Source: Alphaproteobacteria bacterium
GTDB lineage: Bacteria > Pseudomonadota > Alphaproteobacteria > UBA828
DNA length: 64,000 bases
Direction: 5' to 3'
NCBI GenBank assembly: GCA_965221125.1
Contig: CBDCRW010000007.1
Location: 544,001-608,000 of the forward strand
Below, in pieces: positions 47,915-56,924 of the stretch. The position numbers were made by a program, and so were the translations under genes. How positions within the stretch are numbered: the first letter of the stretch is position 1; every line of letters starts with the position of its first letter. The notes below the pieces were generated by a model. The model saw nothing but the letters and a program-made list of their open reading frames with translations. It made no database searches and was not told the origin of the DNA.

Positions 47915-48951
47915 CCGGCTTCCCGACCCGCGCCCCGATCGAGCTGGAGGAGCGGCCGCGCGAGCAGCAATGGCTGGTGGACACGCTATGGGGCGAGCAG
48001 GCCGTCGGCATCGTCGGCGGCGAGCCGAAGTGCGGCAAGTCCATCCTGGCGCTGGACCTCGCGGTCGCAGTCGCCGCCGGCGTCCCATGCCTGCGGCACT
48101 TCGCCCCGGCCCGGCCTGGCCCGGTCCTGCTGTTCGCCGCAGAAGACGCCGGCCACCTCGTGCGCAAGCGCCTGCAGGGGATCGCCCGCGCCGCAGGCGC
48201 CCGCTTCGAGACCCTCGACATCGCCGTCATCGACGTGCCCACACTGCGCCTCGACCATCTCGACGACCGCCGCCGCCTGCAGCAGACCGTGGAGCGCATC
48301 GCACCGCGCCTCGTGGTCCTCGACCCCCTGGTCCGCCTGCACGGCGTGGACGAGAACACGGTTGCGGACGTCGCCCCGATCCTCGGCTTCCTGCGCGACC
48401 TGCAACGCCGCTTCGAGACCGCCGTCCTCCTCGTCCACCACGCCCGCAAGAGCGGGGCCACGAGGCCGGGGCAGGCCCTGCGGGGCAGCAGTGAGCTGCA
48501 CGCCTGGGGGGACTCGAACCTCTACCTGCGCCGCCGGGACCGGCAGACCCTCATGACCGTCGAGCATCGCGCCGCACGCGGTCTCGACGACATCGAGATC
48601 GAGCTCAAGGAAGACGGAGAGGAGCCCTCCTTCCGGCTGCGCCAGCCGCCCACGGCCGGCGGCGGGGCGCCTCAGCCCGAAACACCCGAATGCCGCGTTC
48701 TCAAGGCGCTCGCCGACGCCGGGGCGCCGCTCTCGCAACGCCAGATCCGGGAACGCGCCGCGACCCGGCACAAGACCGTCGGCGTAATCTTGCAAAAGCT
48801 CGTCCAGGAGGGTCGCGTCGCGCGCAACGCCGAGGGCGGCTACAGCGTCGTCGCAGGCGCAGCGGACAAGCGGGCGGCGGCCGCCGCCGCCAACGGCAGC
48901 AGTCGGCCGCAGGCCCCGCGGTTCCCGGAGCCCGGTTCCGCCAACGCCTAG
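47911..48951 (+). CDS. AAA_25 RecA-family ATPase (RepA-like helicase) with C-terminal winged HTH
   Basis: WLVDTLW, GEPKCGKS, AAED, LVVLDPL, LLVHHARK, LRGSS; ATGA overlap with the ExeA gene. Confidence 0.88.
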   Translation: MTGFPTRAPIELEERPREQQWLVDTLWGEQAVGIVGGEPKCGKSILALDLAVAVAAGVPCLRHFAPARPGPVLLFAAEDAGHLVRKRLQGIARAAGARFETLDIAVIDVPTLRLDHLDDRRRLQQTVERIAPRLVVLDPLVRLHGVDENTVADVAPILGFLRDLQRRFETAVLLVHHARKSGATRPGQALRGSSELHAWGDSNLYLRRRDRQTLMTVEHRAARGLDDIEIELKEDGEEPSFRLRQPPTAGGGAPQPETPECRVLKALADAGAPLSQRQIRERAATRHKTVGVILQKLVQEGRVARNAEGGYSVVAGAADKRAAAAAANGSSRPQAPRFPEPGSANA

Positions 48952-49471
48952 GGGTTCGAGCCGGAACCGCCGTCGGGAACCACCCTTCCCCAACGGTCCG
49001 GAAGGCGCTGCGCCTCCACCGGGATACTACGTCAGGTGAGCGGCCAGTCCGTGGCCGGAAGCTTGCTTCAGGCCATGGCAGCACTTCGTCGTGTGGACGG
49101 TGGCGAGTCACCCGAAGGGCCGAAGCGAAGCGCAGGAGCGGCGCAGCCGCTTGACGCGCCGACGGCCGCGCGACACCTCGTCAGCTCTCCTCAAGCACCA
49201 GTCCAAACCTCAATCAGACAGCGACCCCGGACCGCCCGCAGAGACCATGAGCTCCTACGCTTCGATCCGGAAAAGACCGAGCAATCTGGGAAATCAGGGC
49301 AGCGATCACGTCAAATAATCTGGGAGATTCGGCGTCAAATAACGTGCGAAACAACAACAGGCCGCGACCGCGGCCCGCCGCGAATGCGGCGCGCCCGCGC
49401 AGGCGTTGGCCGCAGGCCAACTGCCGTGAGCGACAAAGAATCAGAGCGTTTCCGTGAAAAACGGAAACGCT

Positions 49472-50173
49472 CTAAGGCCCCTCGTCCGTCGCTGCCTCGA
49501 GGCGGCGTCGGTCGCGGATGACGACGCCGGAAAACGGCCGCAGGACGTCGATGACGCCGTCTCGCGCCAGTTGGGCGAGGGCCCGGCTCACCGTCTCCGA
49601 AGCCAGCCCGAGATAGTCGCCGATTTCCAGCTGGCTCATGGGTAGCGGGACTGTCTGGCGGCCGTCGTTGTCCGGCGCACCGCAGCGCTGCGCGCATTCC
49701 AGCAGGAAGCAGGCGATTCGCTCCCGCGCCGTCTTGCGCCCGAGCCACAACAGCCGCTCCTGAGTGGCGGCGACCTCTCGATCGAGGGCCACGAGCAGGT
49801 CTTCGTGCAGCGTCGGCGATTGCCTGGAGAGTTCCCCCACGCGCGTGCGGGGGACCGAGCAGACGCTGGCCCGGTCGAGGGCTTCGGCGCCGTAGGCGTA
49901 GTGCTCGCCGACGGTGAGCCCCACAAGGTCGCCCGGAAAGAAGAACGCGATGATCTGCCGCCGTCCGTCCTTGGTCGCCTTGTAGCCGGCAATGGTTCCG
50001 CTGAGCACGCGGTGGAAGCGGTCGGCGGAATCACCCTCGAGAACCAGCGATTCGTGGGGCGCCAGATGCCTGATGACGCCGATGGCGTCGAGCCGGTCGA
50101 AGACCGCCTGCGGCCTTTCGACGCGCACCCGATCGGTCAGTGGATGTGTGGCGGCAACCCTCATTGTGGGCAT
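49472..50173 (-). CDS. fixK: Crp/Fnr-family regulator, FixK-like
   Basis: DGRRQI.AF.FPGD, LGRKTARERIA.FLL, LPMS...IGDYLGL..ETVSR; no N-terminal Cys cluster; next to fixLJ. Confidence 0.8.
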   Translation of the reverse strand: MPTMRVAATHPLTDRVRVERPQAVFDRLDAIGVIRHLAPHESLVLEGDSADRFHRVLSGTIAGYKATKDGRRQIIAFFFPGDLVGLTVGEHYAYGAEALDRASVCSVPRTRVGELSRQSPTLHEDLLVALDREVAATQERLLWLGRKTARERIACFLLECAQRCGAPDNDGRQTVPLPMSQLEIGDYLGLASETVSRALAQLARDGVIDVLRPFSGVVIRDRRRLEAATDEGP

Positions 50174-50250
50174 TCCTCCCCGCGTCCGTCCCGGGTCTCC
50201 GGCGGGGAATGTGGTGGGTTTCGCCGCAGCATGTAATTGGGGCGGTTGCG

Positions 50251-50266
50251 TAAGGGATTGCCCTTA
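50251..50266. promoter_or_regulatory. Candidate FixJ-binding palindrome upstream of fixK
   Basis: TAAGGG-ATTG-CCCTTA about 80 bp upstream of the fixK start; assignment to FixJ is inferred from context. Confidence 0.5.
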
Positions 50267-50325
50267 TGGCGCACGCCGTAAGGCGTCCGGCATCGGCGCG
50301 GCGCTTCCTGGGTGGCCCAGGAAAT

Positions 50326-50952
50326 TCAGATGTCGCCCATGTCCACCTGCGCGATCACGGCCATGCGCACGAGATGAGACAGGCTGCGCGCCTGCAGTTT
50401 CTCCATGACCCGCGCGCGGTGCACTTCGACCGTGCGCGGGCTGATGCCGAGGTCGCGGGCGACGGCCTTGTTCGAGCTGCCGCGTGCCAGCCGCTCGAAG
50501 ACCTCGCGCTCCCGCGCGGTCAGCCGGCCGAGCCGTCGGCCGATGTCGTGACGCCGTGCCTCGCGGCCGAGGGCCTCTTCGCGCGAGGCAAGCGCCTGGG
50601 CGATGCCGTCCAGGATCGTGCGGTCCGCAAAGGGTTTTTCGACGAAGTCCACGGCGCCCGCCTTGATCGCCTTGACCGCCATGGCGATGTCGCCGTGGCC
50701 CGTGATGATGATGACCGGCAGCGTCGGTGCGGCGGTCGCCAGCCTCCGCTGCAGTTCCAGCCCGTCCATTTCCGGCATCCGCACGTCGACGAGGGCGCAG
50801 GCGGGCAGGGCCTCGGGCAGGGAGTCCAGGAAGGCCGGGCCCGAGGGATAGGTGTCCACCTCGTAGCCTTCCGCCTCCAGCAGCGCGCTCAGGGAATCGC
50901 GCACGGCGTCGTCGTCGTCGATGACCGCGACCAGGACGGCGCCGTCAGCCAT
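50326..50952 (-). CDS. fixJ: Response regulator FixJ
   Basis: VIDDD.AVRDSL, DVRMPEMDG, ITGHGDI.MAV.A.KAGAVDFVEKP, LuxR HTH ISPRTVEVHRARVMEK. Confidence 0.93.
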   Translation of the reverse strand: MADGAVLVAVIDDDDAVRDSLSALLEAEGYEVDTYPSGPAFLDSLPEALPACALVDVRMPEMDGLELQRRLATAAPTLPVIIITGHGDIAMAVKAIKAGAVDFVEKPFADRTILDGIAQALASREEALGREARRHDIGRRLGRLTAREREVFERLARGSSNKAVARDLGISPRTVEVHRARVMEKLQARSLSHLVRMAVIAQVDMGDI

Positions 50953-52093
50953 CGGCCTCGCTCCCGACCGGCAGCGTGAAGCGGAAGGCGGCGCCGCCCT
51001 CCGGCGGATTCTCGGCCCAGAGCTGACCGCCGTGGGAGTCGATGATCGTGTGGCTGATGGCGAGGCCGATGCCCATGCCATCCGCCTTGGTCGTCTGGAA
51101 GGGGCGGAACGGATCGTCCGCGACATGCGGCGCGAGGCCCGGCCCGTTGTCTCTGATATCGACCTCCACCTGGTGGGGGCCGGTTGCACGGGTCGAGATG
51201 CGAATCTTGCGCTCGCCCGTCCCCTCGAATGCCTCGATGGCGTTCCGCAGGATGTTGAGAACGACCTGCTGCACCTCGATCCGATCCATCAGCACGGGCG
51301 GCAGCGCATCGTCCAGGGAGAAGATCAGCTCGATATTGCGATCGCTCGCGCCGATCAGCGCCAGCGCCGCCGCTTCCTCCACCGCGGTGTTGATGGGCTC
51401 CAGGCGGCGCTCGCTTTCGTCCTTCCTGATGAAGCGCCGCAGCCGCTTGATGATTTCGGCCGCCCGCTCGGCCTGATGCCCCGCCTTGTCGACCAGATCC
51501 GCGATGGGGGCGGGGTCCGGTTCCGTCCGCTCCAGGCGCCGCCGCGCTGCCCTCGCGTAGTTCATGATGGCCGTGAGCGGCTGATTCAGCTCGTGCGCGA
51601 TCCCCGACGCCATCTCTCCCATGGCGGAAAGCCGCGAGGCGTGCATCAGCTCCTGCTGAAGAATGCCGGCGCGCCGCTGGATGTCCTGGCGCTCGGTGAT
51701 GTCGTGGAGGAAGCCGGTGAAGAGCCGCCCCTGCTCGAGCTCGATCTCGCCGATCGAGAGGCGCGCGGGGAAGGTGGTGCCGTCCTTCCGTCTGCCCACC
51801 ACGACGCGGCCGATGCCGATGACACGCTTCTGGCCCGTCTCGCGATAGCGCCCGAGGTGGGTGTCGTGGGCCTCGCGATAGGGCGAAGGCATGAGGATCT
51901 TCACGTTCTCGCCCACCAGCTCGTCGCTGGCGTAGCCGAAGAGGCGTTCCGCCGCAGGGTTGACCGTATCGATGATGCCGGTCTCGTCGATCACGACGAT
52001 GGCGTCGGGCGCGGTCTGGGTGATCGACCGAAGGCGCTCCTCACGCTCCCGCGCCGCGGCGATGACGGTGGCGCTGCCCCCCGAGTTCGCCAT
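50945..52093 (-). CDS. fixL: Heme-PAS sensor histidine kinase FixL (soluble, single PAS)
   Basis: LMPSPYREAHD..L.RY..TG.KRVIGIGR heme-PAS motif; IAHELNQPL, GMGIGL. Confidence 0.9.
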   Translation of the reverse strand: MANSGGSATVIAAAREREERLRSITQTAPDAIVVIDETGIIDTVNPAAERLFGYASDELVGENVKILMPSPYREAHDTHLGRYRETGQKRVIGIGRVVVGRRKDGTTFPARLSIGEIELEQGRLFTGFLHDITERQDIQRRAGILQQELMHASRLSAMGEMASGIAHELNQPLTAIMNYARAARRRLERTEPDPAPIADLVDKAGHQAERAAEIIKRLRRFIRKDESERRLEPINTAVEEAAALALIGASDRNIELIFSLDDALPPVLMDRIEVQQVVLNILRNAIEAFEGTGERKIRISTRATGPHQVEVDIRDNGPGLAPHVADDPFRPFQTTKADGMGIGLAISHTIIDSHGGQLWAENPPEGGAAFRFTLPVGSEADG

Positions 52094-52115
52094 CCGCTCG
52101 CCTGGTTCCGGCCGC

Positions 52116-52688
52116 TCAGTCGAGGTGCTTGCGCATGATCTGCGCCATCTTTTCCGGCCCCTGCCCGAAGACGAAGTGGGTCACGTAGTCGCCGTCGGGG
52201 TCCATGAAGTAGACATAGGACGTGTGGTCCACCAGGTAATTGCCGTCCTCGTCCGGCTCGTTGAGCCGGTAGAACACGCGGTAGGCCTTGGCCGCGGCGT
52301 GGATCTGCTCGTCGCTGCCGGTGAGCCCGACCAGGCGCGGGTGGAACGTCGGCACATACGCCGCGAGGTACTCGACCGTATCGCGTGCGGGGTCGACCGT
52401 GACGAAGAGCGGCTGCACCTCGTCGGCGAGGTCGTCCAGCTCGTCGATCGCCTGGCCCATGATGAGAAGCTCCGTCGGGCAGATGTCCGGGCAGTAGGCA
52501 TAGCCGAAATAGACCAGCAGGTAGCGGTCGTCGAAGCTCTCTTCGGTGACCGTCGTGCCGGTGTGGTCGACGAGCTCGAAGGGGCCGCCGATGGCTGCGG
52601 CCTGCGCGGGCGACGGCCCGCCCCAGAGGACGACGGCGAACGCCACGGCGAGCGCGGCGGCGATCATCGTGCGGGGCGTGCGGTACAT
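52116..52688 (-). CDS. SCO family copper chaperone
   Basis: IGGPFELVDH, YFGYAYCPDICP, YLVDHTS. Confidence 0.92.
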   Translation of the reverse strand: MYRTPRTMIAAALAVAFAVVLWGGPSPAQAAAIGGPFELVDHTGTTVTEESFDDRYLLVYFGYAYCPDICPTELLIMGQAIDELDDLADEVQPLFVTVDPARDTVEYLAAYVPTFHPRLVGLTGSDEQIHAAAKAYRVFYRLNEPDEDGNYLVDHTSYVYFMDPDGDYVTHFVFGQGPEKMAQIMRKHLD

Positions 52689-52801
52689 GGGCCGCGTCCT
52701 TTCTCTGCAGGCGGGCATACTCTAGTTCGCCGCGTCGGCGCGGTCGATGGTCCGGGCGCTGAGCGGGTACACTGCTGCCTCTCGAATGCGGGGAGGGCGG
52801 C

Positions 52802-53677
52802 ATGGGCGGAGAGGCCATCTACCGGGGCTACGATCGCGCGGCGCTCGATGCGCAGTACAACAACCGCGCGCGCATCCCCGAGTATGTCGACGACTTCGAG
52901 CGCTGGCTGGCCTGGAGCGCCGAGACCCGCGCGGCGCTGCCCGGCGCGCGGGACGTGGCCTACGGCGCCCTGCCGGTCGAGACGCTCGACATCTTCCCGG
53001 CCGAGGAGCCCGGCGCGCCGATCCTGATCATGATTCACGGCGGCTACTGGTACTCGCTCGACAAGCATCACGACAGCTTCGTGGCCGAGGGCTGCCGGCC
53101 GCACGGGGTTGCCACCATCGTCATCAACTACGGCCTCGCCCCCGACTACCGGATGGACGAGATCGTGCGCCAGAACCGTGCCGCGGTCGCGTGGGTCTGG
53201 CGCAACGCCGCCTCCTTCGGCGGCGATCCCTCGCGCATCCATGCGCTCGGCCAGTCGGCGGGCGGTCATCTCGCCGCCATGCTGCTGGCGACCGACTGGC
53301 CGGCCTTCGGCGCCGACTTGCCCGCGGACCTCGTGAAGAGCGCGGTCTCCATCTCCGGCATCTACGACCTGGAGCCCATCCGGCTCTGCTACCTCAACGA
53401 CAAGGTCGGCATGGACGAGGCGGAGGCGCGGCGGAACAGCCCGGTGGAGCAGCGCTACCCGGTGGCCGCGCCGCTGATGCTGGTCTCGGGCGACATCGAA
53501 TCGCAGGAATACGAGCGCCAGGCCGGGGCCATGGCCGCGGTGTGGGCGGCGCATGGCTACCCGCTCGGCCGGCTGTCTCTCCCCGGCTACAACCACTTCA
53601 CGATGGCCGACCAGCTTCGCGAGCCCGAGAGCGAGCTCACCCGAGCGACGATGGCGCAGATGCGAGTCGCGCTCTGA
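52802..53677 (+). CDS. Alpha/beta hydrolase (arylformamidase-like)
   Basis: IHGGYW, GQSAGGHL, SGIYDL.P, NHF. Confidence 0.85.
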   Translation: MGGEAIYRGYDRAALDAQYNNRARIPEYVDDFERWLAWSAETRAALPGARDVAYGALPVETLDIFPAEEPGAPILIMIHGGYWYSLDKHHDSFVAEGCRPHGVATIVINYGLAPDYRMDEIVRQNRAAVAWVWRNAASFGGDPSRIHALGQSAGGHLAAMLLATDWPAFGADLPADLVKSAVSISGIYDLEPIRLCYLNDKVGMDEAEARRNSPVEQRYPVAAPLMLVSGDIESQEYERQAGAMAAVWAAHGYPLGRLSLPGYNHFTMADQLREPESELTRATMAQMRVAL

Positions 53678-53680
53678 CGC

Positions 53681-54676
53681 TCATGCGCGCTCGTCCATCG
53701 TGAGCACGGCGGCGCCCTGGAGCCGGCCGGCGCGCAGGCGGTCCAGCGCGGTGTTGGCGTCCGCCAGCGGCATGGGGTCTGTGTGCATCGCGATCTCGGT
53801 CCGGGCGGCGAGCGCCAAAAAATCCTCGCCGTCGCGGCGCGTGAGATTGGCGACGGAGACGATGCGCCGCTCCCGCCAGAGAAGCCCGTAGGGGAAGGCG
53901 GGAATGTCGCTCATGTGGATGCCGGCGCAGACCACCGTGCCGCCCGGCGCGATCGCGCGCAGCGCAGCCGGCACCAGGGCGCCCACCGGCGCGAAGAGCA
54001 GCGCCGCGTCCAGCTCCTCCGGCGGCGCCTCGTCCGACGGGCCGGCCCACTCTGCGCCGAGGCCGAGGGCGAAGTCGACCGCCGCCCGGTCGCCCGGCCG
54101 CACGAAGGCGAACACCCGGCGACCCTGAGCCCGCGCGACCTGGGCGATGATGTGCGCCGCCGCGCCGAAGCCGTAGAGGCCGAGGCGCTCGGCATCGCCC
54201 GCCATCGAGAGCGCGCGGTAGCCGATGAGCCCGGCGCAGAGCAGCGGCGCCGCCTCGACGTCGCTGCGCTCGCCGCCGACCGGCAGGCAGTAGCGTTCGT
54301 CGGCGACGCAGTAGTCGCCGTAGCCGCCGTCCCGCGTATAGCCGGTGAAGAGCGCGTGCGCGCACAGGTTCTCCCGCCCGCTCCGGCAGTAGCGGCAGGC
54401 GCCGCAGGTCCAGCCGAGCCAGGGGATGCCGACGCGCTCCCCTTCGGAGAAGCTCTCCACGCCCGCGCCGACGGCCGCGACGTGCCCCACCACCTCGTGC
54501 CCCGGCACCACCGGAAGCCGGGGCTCGGCGAGGTCGCCGTCCACCACGTGAAGATCGGTGCGGCAGACGCCGCAGGCCGAGACACGCACCAGGACCTCGC
54601 CGGTGCCGGGCTCTGGCACCGGCCGCTCCTCCAGCGTGAGCCGGCGGCCCTCGCCGCGATAGACCATGGCGCGCAT
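53681..54676 (-). CDS. Zinc-dependent alcohol dehydrogenase family protein
   Basis: CGVCRTDLH, GHE, CGAC.YC..G.ENLC, APLLCAGLIG, GLYGFGAAAH. Confidence 0.9.
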   Translation of the reverse strand: MRAMVYRGEGRRLTLEERPVPEPGTGEVLVRVSACGVCRTDLHVVDGDLAEPRLPVVPGHEVVGHVAAVGAGVESFSEGERVGIPWLGWTCGACRYCRSGRENLCAHALFTGYTRDGGYGDYCVADERYCLPVGGERSDVEAAPLLCAGLIGYRALSMAGDAERLGLYGFGAAAHIIAQVARAQGRRVFAFVRPGDRAAVDFALGLGAEWAGPSDEAPPEELDAALLFAPVGALVPAALRAIAPGGTVVCAGIHMSDIPAFPYGLLWRERRIVSVANLTRRDGEDFLALAARTEIAMHTDPMPLADANTALDRLRAGRLQGAAVLTMDERA

Positions 54677-54701
54677 GGCGGCGGGAGGCGTCACCGCCGG
54701 C

Positions 54702-56741
54702 TCAAGCCTCGATGATCCTGAGAAAGCCCAGGTCGTCCACCCGCACGCGCTGGCCAGGGCAGACCAGCGTGGTCGAGGACGGCTCCTCGACGATGACGGG
54801 GCCATCCGCCGCGAAGCCGGGCGGCAGCAGGTCACGGTCGTAGACCCGCGTCTCGTGCCGGCCGTCCTCGCCGAATTCGACCGTGCGCCCGACGCGCGCC
54901 GCCGCTTCCGCCGAGCGGCCCGCCGCGTCCCACGGCGTGAGCTCCGGCCGGGCCACGTCGGCGGTCGCCGTGAGACGGAAGGTGACGAGCTCCACCGGCG
55001 TGTCCGCGAGGCGGAAGGTGTAGGCGCGCTCGTGCGCCGCGTGGAAGGCGTCGAGCAGCGTGTCGCGCGTCGTCCGTTCGAGGTCGATCGGCACCGTCAC
55101 CGCGTGCTCCTGGCCGGCATAGCGCATGTCGATGTGGCAGGCGGCGGTGAACGTGTCGTGCCCGCCTTCGGAGCGGAAGTAGCGTTCCGCTTCCTCGCGC
55201 AGCTCCGCGAAGAGAGCGCGCACGTCCGCGATCTCGAGAGACTCGGCGCGCCTCAGCGCCGTCAGCATGAAGTCCCGGCGGGGCGCGGTCGCCAGCATGC
55301 CCCAGGCCGAGAAGAGGCCGGGGAAGCGCGGCACCGCGATCTCCTTCACGCCGAGCTCGCGGCCGAGGCTCGCGCCGTGCATGGCGCCGCCGCCGCCGCC
55401 CACCATCAGCGCGAAGTCGCGCGGATCGTGGCCGCGCTGGATCGAGACCAGCTTGAGCGCGTTGATCATGTTGGCGTCGACCAGGCGGATCACGGCGACC
55501 GCCGCCTCGTCCACGCTGCAGCCGAGCCCGTCCGCGACCTTGCCCATGGCGGCGCGCGCGAGGCCCACGTCCAGCGCGAGCCGCCCGCCCGCGAAGTTCG
55601 CCGGGTTCAGCACGCCGGTAATCAGCTTGGCGTCGGTCACGGTGGGCTCGGTCCCGCCGCGGCCGTAGCTGGCGGGGCCGGGATCGGCGCCGGCGCTGCG
55701 GGGGCCGACGCAGAGCGTGCCGCCCTCGTCGAACCAGGCGATGGAGCCGCCGCCCGCGCCGATCTCCACGATGTCGATCACCGGCACCCGCACCGGGTAG
55801 CCGTAGCGGATGCGCGTCGCCTCCAGCCGGTAGTCGGTGGTGACCTTGGGCTCGCCGTCCTCGATGGTGGAGCACTTGGCCGTCGTGCCGCCGATGTCGA
55901 GGTAGATCACGTTGGGCTCGTCGCACAGCCGCCCGATCAGGGCCGCGCCGTTGACGCCCGCCGCCGGGCCCGATTCGAGCAGCGTGATCGGGTGCTCCCT
56001 GGCCCAGCCGAAGCTCGTGGTGCCGCCGTTCGACTGCATCGCCATCATCGGGCAGGCGAGGGAGAGCGCGTCGAGGCCGGCCTCCAGCGTGTCGAAGTAG
56101 CGCTGCACGATCGGCTGCACGTAGGCGTTGAGCACCGCCGTGTTCGCGCGCTCGTACTCGCGCCACTCGCGCGTGATCTCGTGGGAGGCGGTGACCGCTA
56201 CGCCGTCGAGGCGCTCGCGCAGGTAGGCCGCCGTCTCCTCCTCGTGCTCGGGCGCGGCGTAGGAGTGAAGGTACTGAATGGCGATGGCCTCCACCCCCTC
56301 GGCCCTGCACACCGCGATCACACGGTCCAGGTCTTCGAGATGCAGCGGCACCTTGACGCGGCCCCTGGCATCGACCCGCTCGCGCACCTCGAAGCGGAGC
56401 CGGCGCGGCACGAAGGGGACCTCCTTGCGGTAGCGCAGGTTGTAGAGATCGGGGCGGTTGCCGCGCGCGATCTCGAGGACGTCCCGAAAGCCCTCGGTGG
56501 TGACCAGCGCGGTCCTGGCGCCGGTGCGCTCGGTGATCGCGTTGATGACCGTCGTGCCGCCGTGCACGAAGTAATCCACGGCGCCGGCGTCGAGGCCGGC
56601 CTGGTCGATGGTGTCGAGCACGCCCCGCGTGAGGTCGTCCGGCGTGCTGAGCGCCTTGGCGACGCTGAGCGCGCCGGTCTCCTCGTCGAAGTGGACGAGG
56701 TCCGTGAAGGTCCCGCCGATATCGGTTGCCAGTCGGCCCAC
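54702..56741 (-). CDS. Hydantoinase/oxoprolinase A-type (ATP-dependent) subunit
   Basis: DIGGTFTD, HGGT, EYER.NT, ESGPAAG, DIGGTT, IGAGGGS, SAGADPGP. Confidence 0.92.
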   Translation of the reverse strand: MGRLATDIGGTFTDLVHFDEETGALSVAKALSTPDDLTRGVLDTIDQAGLDAGAVDYFVHGGTTVINAITERTGARTALVTTEGFRDVLEIARGNRPDLYNLRYRKEVPFVPRRLRFEVRERVDARGRVKVPLHLEDLDRVIAVCRAEGVEAIAIQYLHSYAAPEHEEETAAYLRERLDGVAVTASHEITREWREYERANTAVLNAYVQPIVQRYFDTLEAGLDALSLACPMMAMQSNGGTTSFGWAREHPITLLESGPAAGVNGAALIGRLCDEPNVIYLDIGGTTAKCSTIEDGEPKVTTDYRLEATRIRYGYPVRVPVIDIVEIGAGGGSIAWFDEGGTLCVGPRSAGADPGPASYGRGGTEPTVTDAKLITGVLNPANFAGGRLALDVGLARAAMGKVADGLGCSVDEAAVAVIRLVDANMINALKLVSIQRGHDPRDFALMVGGGGGAMHGASLGRELGVKEIAVPRFPGLFSAWGMLATAPRRDFMLTALRRAESLEIADVRALFAELREEAERYFRSEGGHDTFTAACHIDMRYAGQEHAVTVPIDLERTTRDTLLDAFHAAHERAYTFRLADTPVELVTFRLTATADVARPELTPWDAAGRSAEAAARVGRTVEFGEDGRHETRVYDRDLLPPGFAADGPVIVEEPSSTTLVCPGQRVRVDDLGFLRIIEA

Positions 56742-56924
56742 CGCGCGCTCCTGCCGCTTGGATCGGCGCCGATTATTCACCGGCGCGGGCGAGGGTCAAA
56801 CGGGGCGCCCCGGCGCGCCTGACAACGATCTGTCGCAAAACTGAAACAAGTTCGTCACCAAGCGTTATTGGCGAATCGGGATAAGTCGAGCCGCGGGCAC
56901 GGCCGGCGATCTCCAGGAGAGGGA

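Larger units (their letters stand above)
44736..49356 (+). mobile_element. Mu/Tn7-like DDE transposon (4,621 bp) with integrase, ExeA-type ATPase and RepA-like helicase
   Basis: Ends TGTTGTTT (44736) and AAACAACA (49356); 5-bp TSD ACAGG at 44731-44735 and 49357-49361; CGTCAAATAA twice and AATCTGGGA twice near the right end. Confidence 0.92.

Noticed and set aside
44736-49356. IS21 or CRISPR-associated transposon (CAST) assignment
   Set aside because: The ATPase is ExeA-like and not IstB; no cas, tniQ or CRISPR array is present.
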